Assembly: GCA_004431415.1 (NCBI GenBank)
Contig: QPMI01000233.1
Span: forward strand, 99,214 to 163,213
DNA length: 64,000 nt
Direction of reading: 5' to 3'
Origin: Cyanophora paradoxa CCMP329
Taxonomy: Eukaryota > Plantae > Glaucophyta
Below are positions 52,501 to 63,400 of the stretch, piece after piece; the first letter of the stretch is position 1, and every line of letters begins with the position of its first letter. A program made the translations under genes and the position numbers. The notes under the pieces were generated by a model. It did not search any database, had not been told where the DNA came from, and saw only the letters and a program-made list of their open reading frames with translations.

Positions 52501-55028
52501 CCCGGGAAGCCGCCCTGGCCTCGCCCCACCCTGCCTACTTCCTGTCGTCCAGCTCCTACCCCGCTAGCGCAACCTCCCAATTCGACTCTCGGGGCTCTGC
52601 CCTCCTCCCCCTACACCGATACCTTCCCCACGGACGACTCCTCGATGCCCGCCTTGTTCTTGTCCCCATCCTTACCTATCGCCCAACTCAACAGAACCCA
52701 CCAGCCCCCTCGCCGACCCCTCCTTCCGGCATATCACGGCACCCTCAAGGCCCCCCGGGACACTGGCATCTACTTGTTCTATTCCCTCAGTCGCGCTCTT
52801 TCTACTTCCACAATGGCTCCCTCGACGTCCCTGATCACCTCGTCTCCTTTGCGCAAGACTTGGCGGCCACTTGGAGTCAGCGCGACTCTGGATCTCTTCT
52901 TCCCCCCACTCAGTTCTGCAGATGGACCCACCTACGCCCGGAAACATCCCTCTCCGTTCTCCAGCCCCCAAACAGCACGGCCTGCGGCCCACTCCTTCTC
53001 CTCACAGCTGACCTACTCAGTCGCTCCTCGGCACTTGCCCCGTCGGACTTGCCCCGCCCCCCAGCCTACATTCAGGTCGACAATGCAGCGCTCCGCAGAT
53101 ACCGTGAATATATTGCCCTCAGCCTCTGCTACGGGTCCGTCACCCTTGACCCTATATGCTGCGGTCCTGCCCTCCCAGCCCTCAGGCCCCCACCAACCTT
53201 CCCTGGGCGTACCCAACCGCCACGCCGCCCCCCAGTCTCCACCGGCGGCACTCTGCCCCCCCTCGACTCCCCCCCACCCTCTCCCATCCACCCAGCCCTC
53301 CCGCACTCCCCAACTGTGCTTGCGTCCCCCCCGCCTCACCCTGAAGGGCCCGCCACCCCCCTCCCTCCCGGTGCCCGCTACGCCCAAGAACTCGCCTCTC
53401 AGCTCGCTGACCTGGCCCGCAACGAAGCTTCCGCAACAGCGCGCTGTCTCTTCCGGCCGTCCCACGTGACCCCACTCGAGGCGACTACCATCCTAGCTGA
53501 AGCCGCTCATCGCGACGCCGCCCAGCCGCCACCACGGTCCGCCAAAACATCTAAAACAGCCGCAAAGAAAGAGGCAGCTCGGACCCCGGCCACGAACCGT
53601 ATCCCGAACCCAGCCTATACTCCTGACAACTGCCACAATGATGCCGCTGACAAACTTGCCAAAACGGCCCCCGACGCCCCCCTCTCAGCCCTTCTCTTCA
53701 TTCCCCACAGCTTCAAATGCTTCCTCATCCGCGTCGGCCTTCCGCCCCCACTATCCCACGGCCCAGTCCCCGGAGCCGAGCCCTACCGAGGCAGCCTCCA
53801 CGCGTACCGTGTCGAGGGGGACCCCCGCTCCCACTTCCTAGCCGAAGCCTCCCTCTCCCAATACCTCGACTGGCGCCAACTTCGTAATGCAGGGGCCGTC
53901 CTCAGCAATCCTCACGTTACCCTCGCCCCAGCCCTCTCCCTCGTGTCAGACAAGCCCCCGGACCGCCGTACCCCCACCGGCGATCACCTCCGCAAAGTCA
54001 GATTCCAGTGTATTCTTGGAGGCCTTCCCTCCCTCACCGTCCGCCTCCTCCATGACCTCGACCTATACGGCCCTCTCTTTCCGGACGGTATTGCTCACTG
54101 CCCCTTCTGCCACCTCCCTCCTACCCCTGCCCCTTCCCCTGAGGACGCTGCTTCCCCACCCCCACCCTCCCCACCCCCTGCCACGTGCACCCCCCCGGAC
54201 TCCCCCTCGAGCTCGCCCTTTTCAACCCACCCCCCCGAAGACTTCATTCACATATTTACTTGCCCCGCCGCTCGCCTCCTCCTCCAAGCTTTCCAGGACG
54301 CACTCGTGACCTTCCTCCGCGCCCGGGTTCTCCGCCACTCGCCCACACCCTTAGGACACGACGATACTATTTTTCAACTCTTTCCCTTCCTCCGCCTCGT
54401 CTCCCCTGACCCCGCCTCTCCCCTCCACTCCGCCCTCCTCTCCCCCACCGCAAATCCGGCCCTCTTCCGCCCCCCAGGTCTCACCGATACCCTATGGAAA
54501 AAGCTTAGCCCGGCCCTGGCTGACATGCTCCCCTTCCCCGCCCCTGCCCTCCTGCGCCTAGGTACCCCGGCAGGATTGCCCGCCCTCTGCACAGCCCTGG
54601 GCATCAACAAGACCACCACAATGTCAATCCAAAAAGATCTAGCGCTACTCCTCGACCAACACCTCCGTGCGATCTGGAGGGACCGCTGCGCCCGCAACCA
54701 CGCCTGGGAGCTCCGCCACGGCATCACTGACAGAACCAAACGTCGATACCGCAAACATGCAGACACCAAACCCTCCCGCTCGCCGCCAGTACAGCCGCCT
54801 GGTCCCCCCCTCCCCCCCGCCCCCCCCGCCCCTCCCTCCATGATACCATCTCCATCACTGACTTCTGCTGCGGATTGGACTCGGAAGGTCAACCATGGGT
54901 TCTCCTGGAAAATTTCCGCCAAGCAATCGCACGACTCCCTGCCGCCCCCTCACCCCAGGGCGCCCCCCCCCCCAGGCCCCCCCCTCCCTCCAGCCGCCCG
55001 ATGCCGGACCCGTCGCCATGACATCTGA
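46501..55028 (+). CDS. LINE polyprotein, central/C-terminal part: RT - Cys-rich linker - RNase H (split) - unknown domain - 2x Ulp1/C48-like - zf-RVT-like; two frameshifts (~48400, ~52200-52270)
   Basis: GAGGPSGLT, LRPITL, NYGF, DIASAYDSV, GLPQGG, LAYADD, LNAKKT, FRVLGV (RT); IYTDAS, LGELAG, ITDSQ, QWVPSH...NDAADKLAK (RNase H); GHWHLL...NSTACG (Ulp1); LPSL...CPFC...EDFIHIFTC, IWRDRC...WE...GIT. Frame is open from 46501 with no start codon. Confidence 0.9.
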
Positions 55029-57335
55029 CTTCTCTTGCACCTGCGGCATTCGACTTGCCTCCGCAGCTGCCCTCCAGGCCCACTCCGACGCCAGACGGGG
55101 AAAGTGCGCCGCTCGCCCTGAGCCCATTTCATGCTCTGCCTCCCAACCTGCTGCACCCCCAACGCAACCATCACACAAGAACCCCGACACCGGTACCCTG
55201 CCCGCTTCGCCTGCAGGCCCTACGTCCACTACTCAACCTTCCAAGCGCCCCGCTCCGGTGCCCCCCCTGGCCCCTCCCCCGAAACGCACACGCCCGTCGC
55301 CTGCCTCGCGCACACGCCCGTCGCCTGCCTCGGTCTCCGCAAATTGGACCCCAATCCGCGAGTGCTTGAATAGCCGCACTATAGCTAGTTGCTCAGCTAG
55401 CACTGGCGCCCACGCTAGTGCTGGCCCCACCAACGCCGGCGCCTCCAGCTCGGACGCTGCGCTGCATGACGCCGAGAGTTGTCGTACGAACCACGCGTAC
55501 GGATCCGGACGCGTACTAGCCATGCGTACGGCCGCGTATACGTACCTCGCAGTTAGCCCCCGCGCTAGCGCCCACGTGCACGCCAGCGCTGGCCCCGCCG
55601 ACGCCGGCGTCACGGACGCTGCGCCGCATGACGCCGGTCTCGTACTCCTGGGCCGGCCTGCACGCCGCGCCCCACAAGTCCAACAGTCCTTCAGCCGCCC
55701 GGCCCCTCTCCCCGCGCGCCTCCTCCTCTGTGTTCTCCTTGCCGCCCTTGTCCCCGCCGCTCTTGCGGACATCGAGCCCAGCACAGCAACGGCCGCTGCA
55801 GTCGCTACCGCCGCCGCTGCCCTCTCCTCTCCGACACTAGTCACGGCGGCCTCGTCCCTTCTAATGTTATACCCTCCCTCTCTTTACACCGCTGACCGTA
55901 TTGACGCTCGCCGCCATCGTGATGTGCTCCAGATCCCTGTCCTAGCACACCCCCCGGACGCGGCTAATGCGAAGCTGAACCTCCGCGCCCTCATGTGGAA
56001 TATTCGCCGCTTGGAGGGGAAGGCGAGCGGCAACAATATTGCAACTAAATTTATCAGCGCAATCGACTATGGCCGCCGTGACTGGGACTGTCACTTCGTT
56101 GCTCTTCAAGAGGTCGACATGGTCCCCGTCGACCGCCCCCCCTCGAAGCCCTTTCCGCCCAATATCCGCGATCACCTGATTAAGACAGCAGTCCGCCGCC
56201 ATAAATCTAGCTACCTTGTCTACTCCCCTCCATCCGCGGCCCGCCCTGGCACCGCCGGCTCCGCGCTGTGGATCTCAGCAAGCTATGCAGCGCACCGCCA
56301 GGCGGATTATGCGTTTGATGGCCGAGTAGCCGGCACTCGGTTTGACTTCCCGTGCACGCGCGAGCGCCTCATTGTCCTTTCCCTCTATGTGCCGGACTGT
56401 GGGCACGACAATTTGCAAAAAGAGCTCCACGACCTCACCGAATACCTGATCGCGAAGGTCGCACCCGACATCCACGAACCTGACTGGCAGACACATCTCC
56501 TGGTACTTGGCGATATGAATAGCACCTACTCTCCGTGCAACGACCGGATCACCGGGGGCAACCCGCGCACTGAAACTACCCCCCCGAACTCCTACGCGGA
56601 AATCTGGACCCTCCTTCGAGCGACCTGGGGCCTCAGCGACACCGGTACCCCCGGCGATTTCACGCACATCTCACACCGCGCGGACTTCATCGATGAGCGA
56701 GGCCACCGCCCTCTCCTGGATGCCGCCCGCCTCGACTATGCCCTTGCCTCCCCCACCCTAGCGGCCCGATCGCTAGGCACTCGTACACTGGCTGTCCCTG
56801 GACGACCTTCTCCCCTGCTCTCAGCTGACCACTTCCCAGTACTTGCTACTTTCACAACCGAAGGAGTGCTCTCCGCCCCCCCGACCGAACCCCGCCAGCC
56901 CCGACCCCAGCCTCTCCCTCCTCTCTTCAACTATGCCGCCCAGCCTGCACCCATCCGGCTTGCTTTCAAGCTCGCTGTCGAAGCTTTTCTCAATAAACAC
57001 GGCCAGCGGTATATCCAGCTCCTTCTCGCTCCCGAGAGCAGCCCCGAATACGCCCACTGCGCCACGAAATCCCACCGCTCCCTCCTCTGCGCAATCGCCC
57101 AAAGTATCAAATCCGTCGCTCACGCTCAAGAATTCTCTACCGCAAAAGTCCTCCAACACCGAGTAGCTGCCCAGGGAGATATGGCTAAATTCAACCACCT
57201 ATCTGCACTGGACGCTGACGACGAACAACTCGTTGGCCGCGTTGGACAGGCCCTAAACGACTGGGCGCACCAAGGCTCCACAGACCACCCGCCTGACGAA
57301 AATCTGCGGGCTCGGACACCACACTGGCATTCTGC
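55018..57335 (+). CDS. LINE polyprotein, N-terminal part: zinc-finger-like motif, hydrophobic segment, AP-like endonuclease (APE), linker cut by the TSD
   Basis: gccATG at 55018; CTCG...AH..C; WNIRRL, ALQEVD, LSLYVP, LGDMNS, FTH, RLDYAL, SADHFPV; ORF runs into the flanking satellite. Confidence 0.9.
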
Positions 57336-57710
57336 CCGTGCATGCGCCGCGGCGTGGGCGCGCGGAAAGCTGTCCGGGCCTGTCCAGGATCGAATTTTCA
57401 GGGTCGGCTGGATTCTCGCGCCTTGTCGGTCGTCGGAGCTCGCGAAAAGCTTTAATAAAATCTCAAATGAATAATGTAGCGATGCGCATGCGCGAGAATG
57501 CGAGGGCGCGCGGAAAGATGTTCAGGTCCGTCCAGGATCGAATTTTCGGGGTCGGCTGGGTCCTCGCGGCCCGGCGCATCTGTAAAGCGTGCGGAATGCT
57601 TCCTCTACATCTTAAATGCTTATGCTATTGTTCCGCGCATGCGCCGCGGCGCGGGCGCGCGGAAAGATGCTCGGGCCTGTTCAGGATCGAATTTTTGCCG
57701 TCGGGTACCT
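57336..57710. repeat. Right TSD (57336-57355) and right part of the ~148-bp tandem repeat
   Basis: Unit markers at 57356, 57504 and 57653. Confidence 0.87.
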
Positions 57711-59175
57711 TCCTGCGCTATTCCGGCTCCGAAAAGCGGATTTCTGGGGTGCGCAGGCCCTGCTATGTCTATGCGCGCCAGTACGCATCGATTGCGCGCG
57801 TCGCGGGACCGGGCGGGACCGGCCGGATCAAATTTCGGCCGACTCTTCGCAGTGGAGCGTCGGCGGCGCCCGAAATCGAGCTTGCGGCGATGCGCTCGCG
57901 CTCGCGCGTCATTCTGTATCGTTCTGGGGCGTTTCTGGCGCGATTTCGTCGCGGGATTGGGCGTGACCGGGTCCCACCTTCCGACCTGGATCCCCCGGAC
58001 TGCATTTAATTTCTCGGAGGTTAAGTACCGGAATTGATCCATGAGGGAAATTCGATTTTCGCGCGACGCCGACGGAAGAGCGGTCGTCTTAGGGGAGCCA
58101 GGACGCTAAAAATGGATCTAGAGAGGTCTGTGGGGGTTAGGGTAGGTGAGTCATTTGTGTGTGATGGGGGAAGCGTCACGTCCGTGTCGAGGAAAAATTA
58201 TTAATTTTTCATGAGGAGGCTGGACAGGGAAATTATTTACAGGTGAGATGAAAAATTTCGGGTTCGAATCCGATCGGAATTAGGAGCGTCGGTGACCGGG
58301 TCTGAGAAAGAGGCTTCGCCTGATTAGACCCGGACCCCGACCATAGTAATTAGTTCGGTCTCAAATTATAGTGCGTTTATTCGTTTCCAGTGTACCAGTG
58401 TTACGGGCGTACTTGCGGGGCGGGGCGTACTTGCTGTACCCCTACAGCATTTTCTTAGCGTCCTGTAATTAGTGCGGTCTCAAATTAGTGCGTTTTCATG
58501 GCCGGCAAAAAACGCACTAATTTGCATGGTACCGAACTAATTAATATTATGCGCGAGATAATTAATATTCTGTCTTACACGGTACGGGTTTTTAGTTAGA
58601 CGTTTGCCCACCCACGTGCACTGGGCGCCATATGCATGCATGCATGCAGGTACGAATTTATATATTTAATTATAATTAGGCGACGGCCGCCAGAAGTATA
58701 CGGCCCGTACCGTCCCGTACGCTGGCAGCTCCATAGTAGAGTCCATACAGCCTGGCAGGCGGTATTATTGTATACGTCCCGTACGCTGGCAGCTCCTTTA
58801 AGCAGGCTGCAGCCTGGCTGAGCCTGCAACCTGCAGGCTGCAGGCTGCAGCACACTGAGCACAGTGCCACAGACTGCAGTGCACCGTGGCACAGTCACTG
58901 AGTGACAGCCGGCGTGTCAGTGGTGTCACTGTGTCAGCCGCTGGGTTTTCACGCACCGTGGGTCCGTGACGCACGCCGCGGCCCGGCGGCTCCGGAGTCC
59001 GGCCCCGGCGGCCGCGGGCCCGCGGCCCGGCGACGGCGCCGGCCCGCCGACCGTCGGACGGGCCGCTCCGGCGGCGGCAACTTCCGGCAAGCCGCGCAAC
59101 TTCTTGCGTGACTTGGCATGCAAATGATTGAAGATGATTGAACTTGGCAATCGCGCATACTATGAGTCTATGATA

Positions 59176-59620
59176 TTTTTGTTTTTGGTGAATTACCGGC
59201 CACAGTCTCTAGACACCAGCACGATTTTTTTTTTGGTGAATTACCGGCCACAGTCTCTAGACACCAGCACTGCGGGGGCTGCCCAGGGGGCATAAAGACA
59301 AAAAAGCAAAATAACTAAGACAAGAGCACGAAGAAAGATAAGACAAAGAGCCAAAATCGACAATAAAAAAGGAAAGACACAGAGCTCGAGACAGATCGAT
59401 AGCGAGAAGAGACGATAAATCGAGCAGATCTAGGGACAGAGGATAACTGACACGAAGAAGAGCCAGAGCTAGAGATACCATCAATATCAGAAGGAATTAC
59501 AGCACTAAGAAGCGGGGGACAAAATTGAGAAAGATAAATAACAGGAAGAAGACAAGTAAGAGGAACAACAAGACGACATGGAGGCGGAGGTGAAGCAGGA
59601 CGATGCGAAAGGGCAGAGCT
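59176..59620 (-). mobile_element. Probable 3' remnant of a second poly(A) retroelement with a tandemly duplicated terminus
   Basis: T-tract plus the 36-mer GGTGAATTACCGGCCACAGTCTCTAGACACCAGCAC occurs twice (59187-59222, 59235-59270), followed by a strongly purine-skewed tract. Confidence 0.45.
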
Positions 59621-60457
59621 ACAGCACGATACTGTACTAGCTATAGTCCGCTGCATATATATATTCATAGCCTGGCGGTCAGTGGCGGCCGCGGCCGGGC
59701 CTGCAAACGCACACGCATATTACGCAACCGTATATACATTACGTACGAGCGCCAGCGCACGTATACGTATATATGTCTTTGCGGCGGCCGCGCCGGGCGA
59801 TCGCTGATCGATATCGACGCCGTGCACGTGACGGTCGTCAGTGACTCGTCACATTTGGGTCCGGACCGTCGGACTCCGGACTAGTACTCCGGAGTCCGCC
59901 GGACCACGGCGCCGGCGCCGGCGTGCATTTGAGAGGCTAGGACGCGATAAGATACATACATAGCAATTGTGCCACGGAACCACGGTGAGCTGGCGCCTTG
60001 GAGGAGTCCGAAGCCGCTTTTGCGACCGCATTCGAGCTCCGGGAGTTCCATGCATACGCATACGCGTGTGCATATGTATGCATCAGCTACGTATCCGTAC
60101 ACCTGTCGCGATCGCAGCTGGCCCTCGACGAGCGGGAGAGGCCACGTCGTAGGCCTAGGCCTAGGGCCGGAGACACTAGCTGCGTTGACGTCCGTCCGGC
60201 CTATGTATATGCGAAACGCAGGCCTAGGCCACGACCATCGCTGCGACCCGCCCCCGTCCGGAGGCGGAGGCCCATATGCATGGTCGTGGACGCGAGCTAT
60301 AGCTACCGCCCCTGGCCGGCCGCGGCCATGCAGCCTCGCGGCGACTGCGCGAGCGTCCGTCCCGGGCCCTGTCCGGATCCTCGGCCATTCGGCCGGCCTC
60401 GGCCTCGGCCGCCGATCGCGAGACGCGACTCCTCCAGGGCGCTGGCGGGCGCTGCGC

Positions 60458-63400
60458 ATGAACGCGACTGCGCTGCTGCTCCTGTACATGTGCGGGCTCC
60501 TCCCCTGCGCCCTCGGCCAAGGTGCGCTATATAGCTACCTCCCAAGCTGAAGGCATGCTCTGCGCTTCGAGCCTTCCTTCCGCTCGCGATCGACTTCGTG
60601 TGGCGTTCTTTGGACGGATGCCTGCCAGGCTGATCTGTTCCTATGCCTGATGCGCCCGGCGCCGCGCGCCGCTGATCCGCCGCTGACCTCGCGCCCTGTC
60701 CGGCGCAGGCTACGGGGTATCCTTCGCGGAGCTGGCACCGGCACCGTATGCGGGGCGCTACAATCACGGCGCCGTCTCGTACCGCGCCCCCGACCAGCGG
60801 CTGAAGATCGCCGTCATGGGCGGCTACACGGGGCAATATCCAGGCGATTTGTACGACACGTGGATCATGGACGTTGGTTCGAGCTCCTTTCCGAATCAAT
60901 TGCAGTGCTGCAGTGCAGTTGCTGAATGAGCGTTCAATTCCCGCGAGCAGAAACGACACAATGGACGCCAGGGTCAGCGGGAAGCCCTGTCGCCTCGCAC
61001 ATTTCGTGCGAGTGGGACTTTGCGGAAACCATACACTGCATGGGGCGGGCTGCGCAAGCCGGTTTGTATTTGACCGCTCTAAATTTTGAATAATATTCCC
61101 GCTCCGAGGGTTCATTCGTATATGTATCGATGTGCTGCATACGCAGGGAATCCGTGGTATGTTTGGAGCTACGATACGAACTTCACGAGCTACACGGCTC
61201 CGATCGCTGCACCCAGTGGCGTCCTCTACCCGGGTAAAGCTCTCCGCATCTTGTATATCTTCCATCTGGCGCGGAACCGATCGCGAATGACCGAATGGTG
61301 CAGTCATGACCTTTTACAACGGAAGCATCTGGGTGCATGCGTCTTTGATTCCTCTAGAACTATCTCATTGCAGCTATCTATAACGACATCATCTGAAACT
61401 TGTTCGGCCTGGTTTTAGGTGGCGGGTGGGTTCTTTATGATCGGTAGCGTGCGATACAGCAGCGACCTCCTTTACCGGTGAGGGCGCGCGGCACAAATAA
61501 GCTCGCGTGCTCTGCCACTCAACTTCGACCGACCGCGCGACCCTGCAGATACTCGGTCACCGCCCGGACCTGGACCAGCGAGACGCCCGCGGGACCGTCC
61601 CCCTGGCGCGGGCGCTCCAGCGGCCAAGCCACGCTCGCAGGTGCTGCAATGTTTCGTTTTTATTGTTTTCTCTTTTTCAATTCGTTTCCGCCTGCTGAAA
61701 CAATTGCGCGTGCGTTCTCTTCCTGAGTGCAGGGAGTAGATGGTATTTTGTCGGTGCGCACTGCGCGGCAATTCGTCTTCCGCAACATTTCAGACACTGG
61801 CTCACTCTCGCTCTTCGAAGGGGGAGGTACATACGACAATGGCACTTACGGTGAGAATAATATTCAAAGAAGAGAACTAGCTTGCAGAAGGCCATCGCCT
61901 CTCTAATCTGAGACGTGCTTTTTCCTTGCGCAGTGTATCCCCCCGAGGTCCTGGAGCTCGACCTGGCGGGCGGAGGCCCGAAGGCGTGGCGAGTGGCGGG
62001 GTACAATTACAAAAACGACAGGGCGGGCTCGGACGTAAAGGGCATCGCGCCGTGCAACGGGCTCCTCATTTTTATCCGCGGCGACCCGTCTCCGGTCCTG
62101 TTCAACCCTGCGGGTGCGCCGATCCAGGCCCAGCGCCGGATCTCCCATCGATAATATAACTAGTACACTTAAAGCTTGCCGGGAATTAAAATGCTCGCCA
62201 ACTAACTCTTTATGTACTTATTTTGCAGACGGCAAGCATGAGTACACCTTGTGGCCGGGGGGCAGCGGTTGGGTGCAGAAGTATTCAGGGCAATACGCTG
62301 TTCCTGGGAACGCGTTTCCGCTCTCGATGCCGGCGTGGGCGGGGTTCGGGTCCACCTGCACGCTGTGCGCGCCGGCGCCCCCCAAAGCCGTGTGCCCTCA
62401 CCGGAATCGGCGCTCACGCGGCCGCCCCGCGAAAACAGGCTCGTTTCGGGCGGGTCCGACTGGACTACAAGCGCGCCCTCGTCGAGGACCTACCGCTTCA
62501 TAGGTGCACGGGCGCCCTGACAATGTCCCGTGAACCGTCGAATCTATCAAGCTTTGACACAACGAAACAGGGACGCTGGCGCCGCTGACCGCCAGCTGGA
62601 CCCAGCCTGCTCCGGGCGGGAGCTTGTCGGTCCCGCGGGGCGCTTCCGTCAACGTCAGCCACTCCGCGCTCAGCCGGGCGTTTGGCCCCGCTGTCCTGTA
62701 CCTCGTCTCGTCTGGCGCCCAGATGGCCCCTGTGCAGGTTTGTTCGAATTTAAAACCAGCTTCCTCCTGCTTGTGGCTGTTGTGGAATCTCAATCATGCC
62801 CGTGATCTCCATTCTTCGCAGTACCGGCTGCTCTCTGGCGTCATCCTCAGCTCTGCGGGGGGCAACCTCTCGGTCCAGCTCCCCGCGGCGGTCAACGGCG
62901 GCCAGTACTTCTTCCGCTTCTCCATGGTGGACGTCGACGGCGGCGCGCTCGACACGCCGACGTTCGCTGTCGAGTCGTGTGCGCCACTCGAGCCTCCGAC
63001 TCTGTATTCTTTGTCTGACACAAATTGCTTTCCAGGGCGCCTGCTCGACCTGGCCCCGCAGGTCGACGGCCTCGAGCTCTTCGCCAACGGCTCGGTCGCC
63101 GTCGCGTGGACGTCGGCGGCCTGGCCTTTCCACGCGGACGTCTACCTGCTGCCGAGCATCGGAAACCATGTCCTGGTGCGCGCTATCCGCCGCATCGTGT
63201 TTGTGACTTTTGAAAGGGAATGAGGTGATCGATATACTGTTTATGCTCTTTTCGTAGTCGTGGACGGGCGTCAAGATCGATAGCTTCTACATCGAGGGCG
63301 GCGGCGGCGCCGGCGGCGGCAATCGGACCTTCCTCCTGCCGAAACCCTACGTGGCCAGGCGGCTACGTCATCCGCATCGCAGACGCCGGCAACGCCGACC

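Larger units (their letters stand above)
45769..57335. mobile_element. 11.6-kb non-LTR retrotransposon (RNase H-bearing, L1/Proto1-like LINE), rearranged: poly(A) end on the minus strand, body inverted and circularly permuted
   Basis: T14 at 45768-45781; ~20-bp TSD; RT, RNase H, zf-RVT-like and APE motifs on the plus strand in the order RT...APE. Confidence 0.93.
45038..58582. mobile_element. Degenerate non-autonomous DNA transposon (Tc1/mariner-pogo/Tc2-like ends), ~2 kb without the nested LINE
   Basis: Left end TA|CCGTAAAACACAATATTAATT; reverse complement of right end TA|CCGTGTAAGACAGAATATTAATT; repeated subterminal AATTAGT(G/T)CG motifs at 58345-58545; no transposase ORF. Confidence 0.45.

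Noticed and set aside
55720-55790. 2A-like ribosomal skipping peptide before APE (LLL...ADIEPS)
   Set aside because: Lacks the essential NPGP.
45769-57335. LTR, DIRS, Penelope or Dualen (RLE-bearing) classification
   Set aside because: No integrase, tyrosine recombinase, GIY-YIG or convincing PD-(D/E)xK motif seen; APE, poly(A) and long TSD indicate TPRT by an APE-type LINE.
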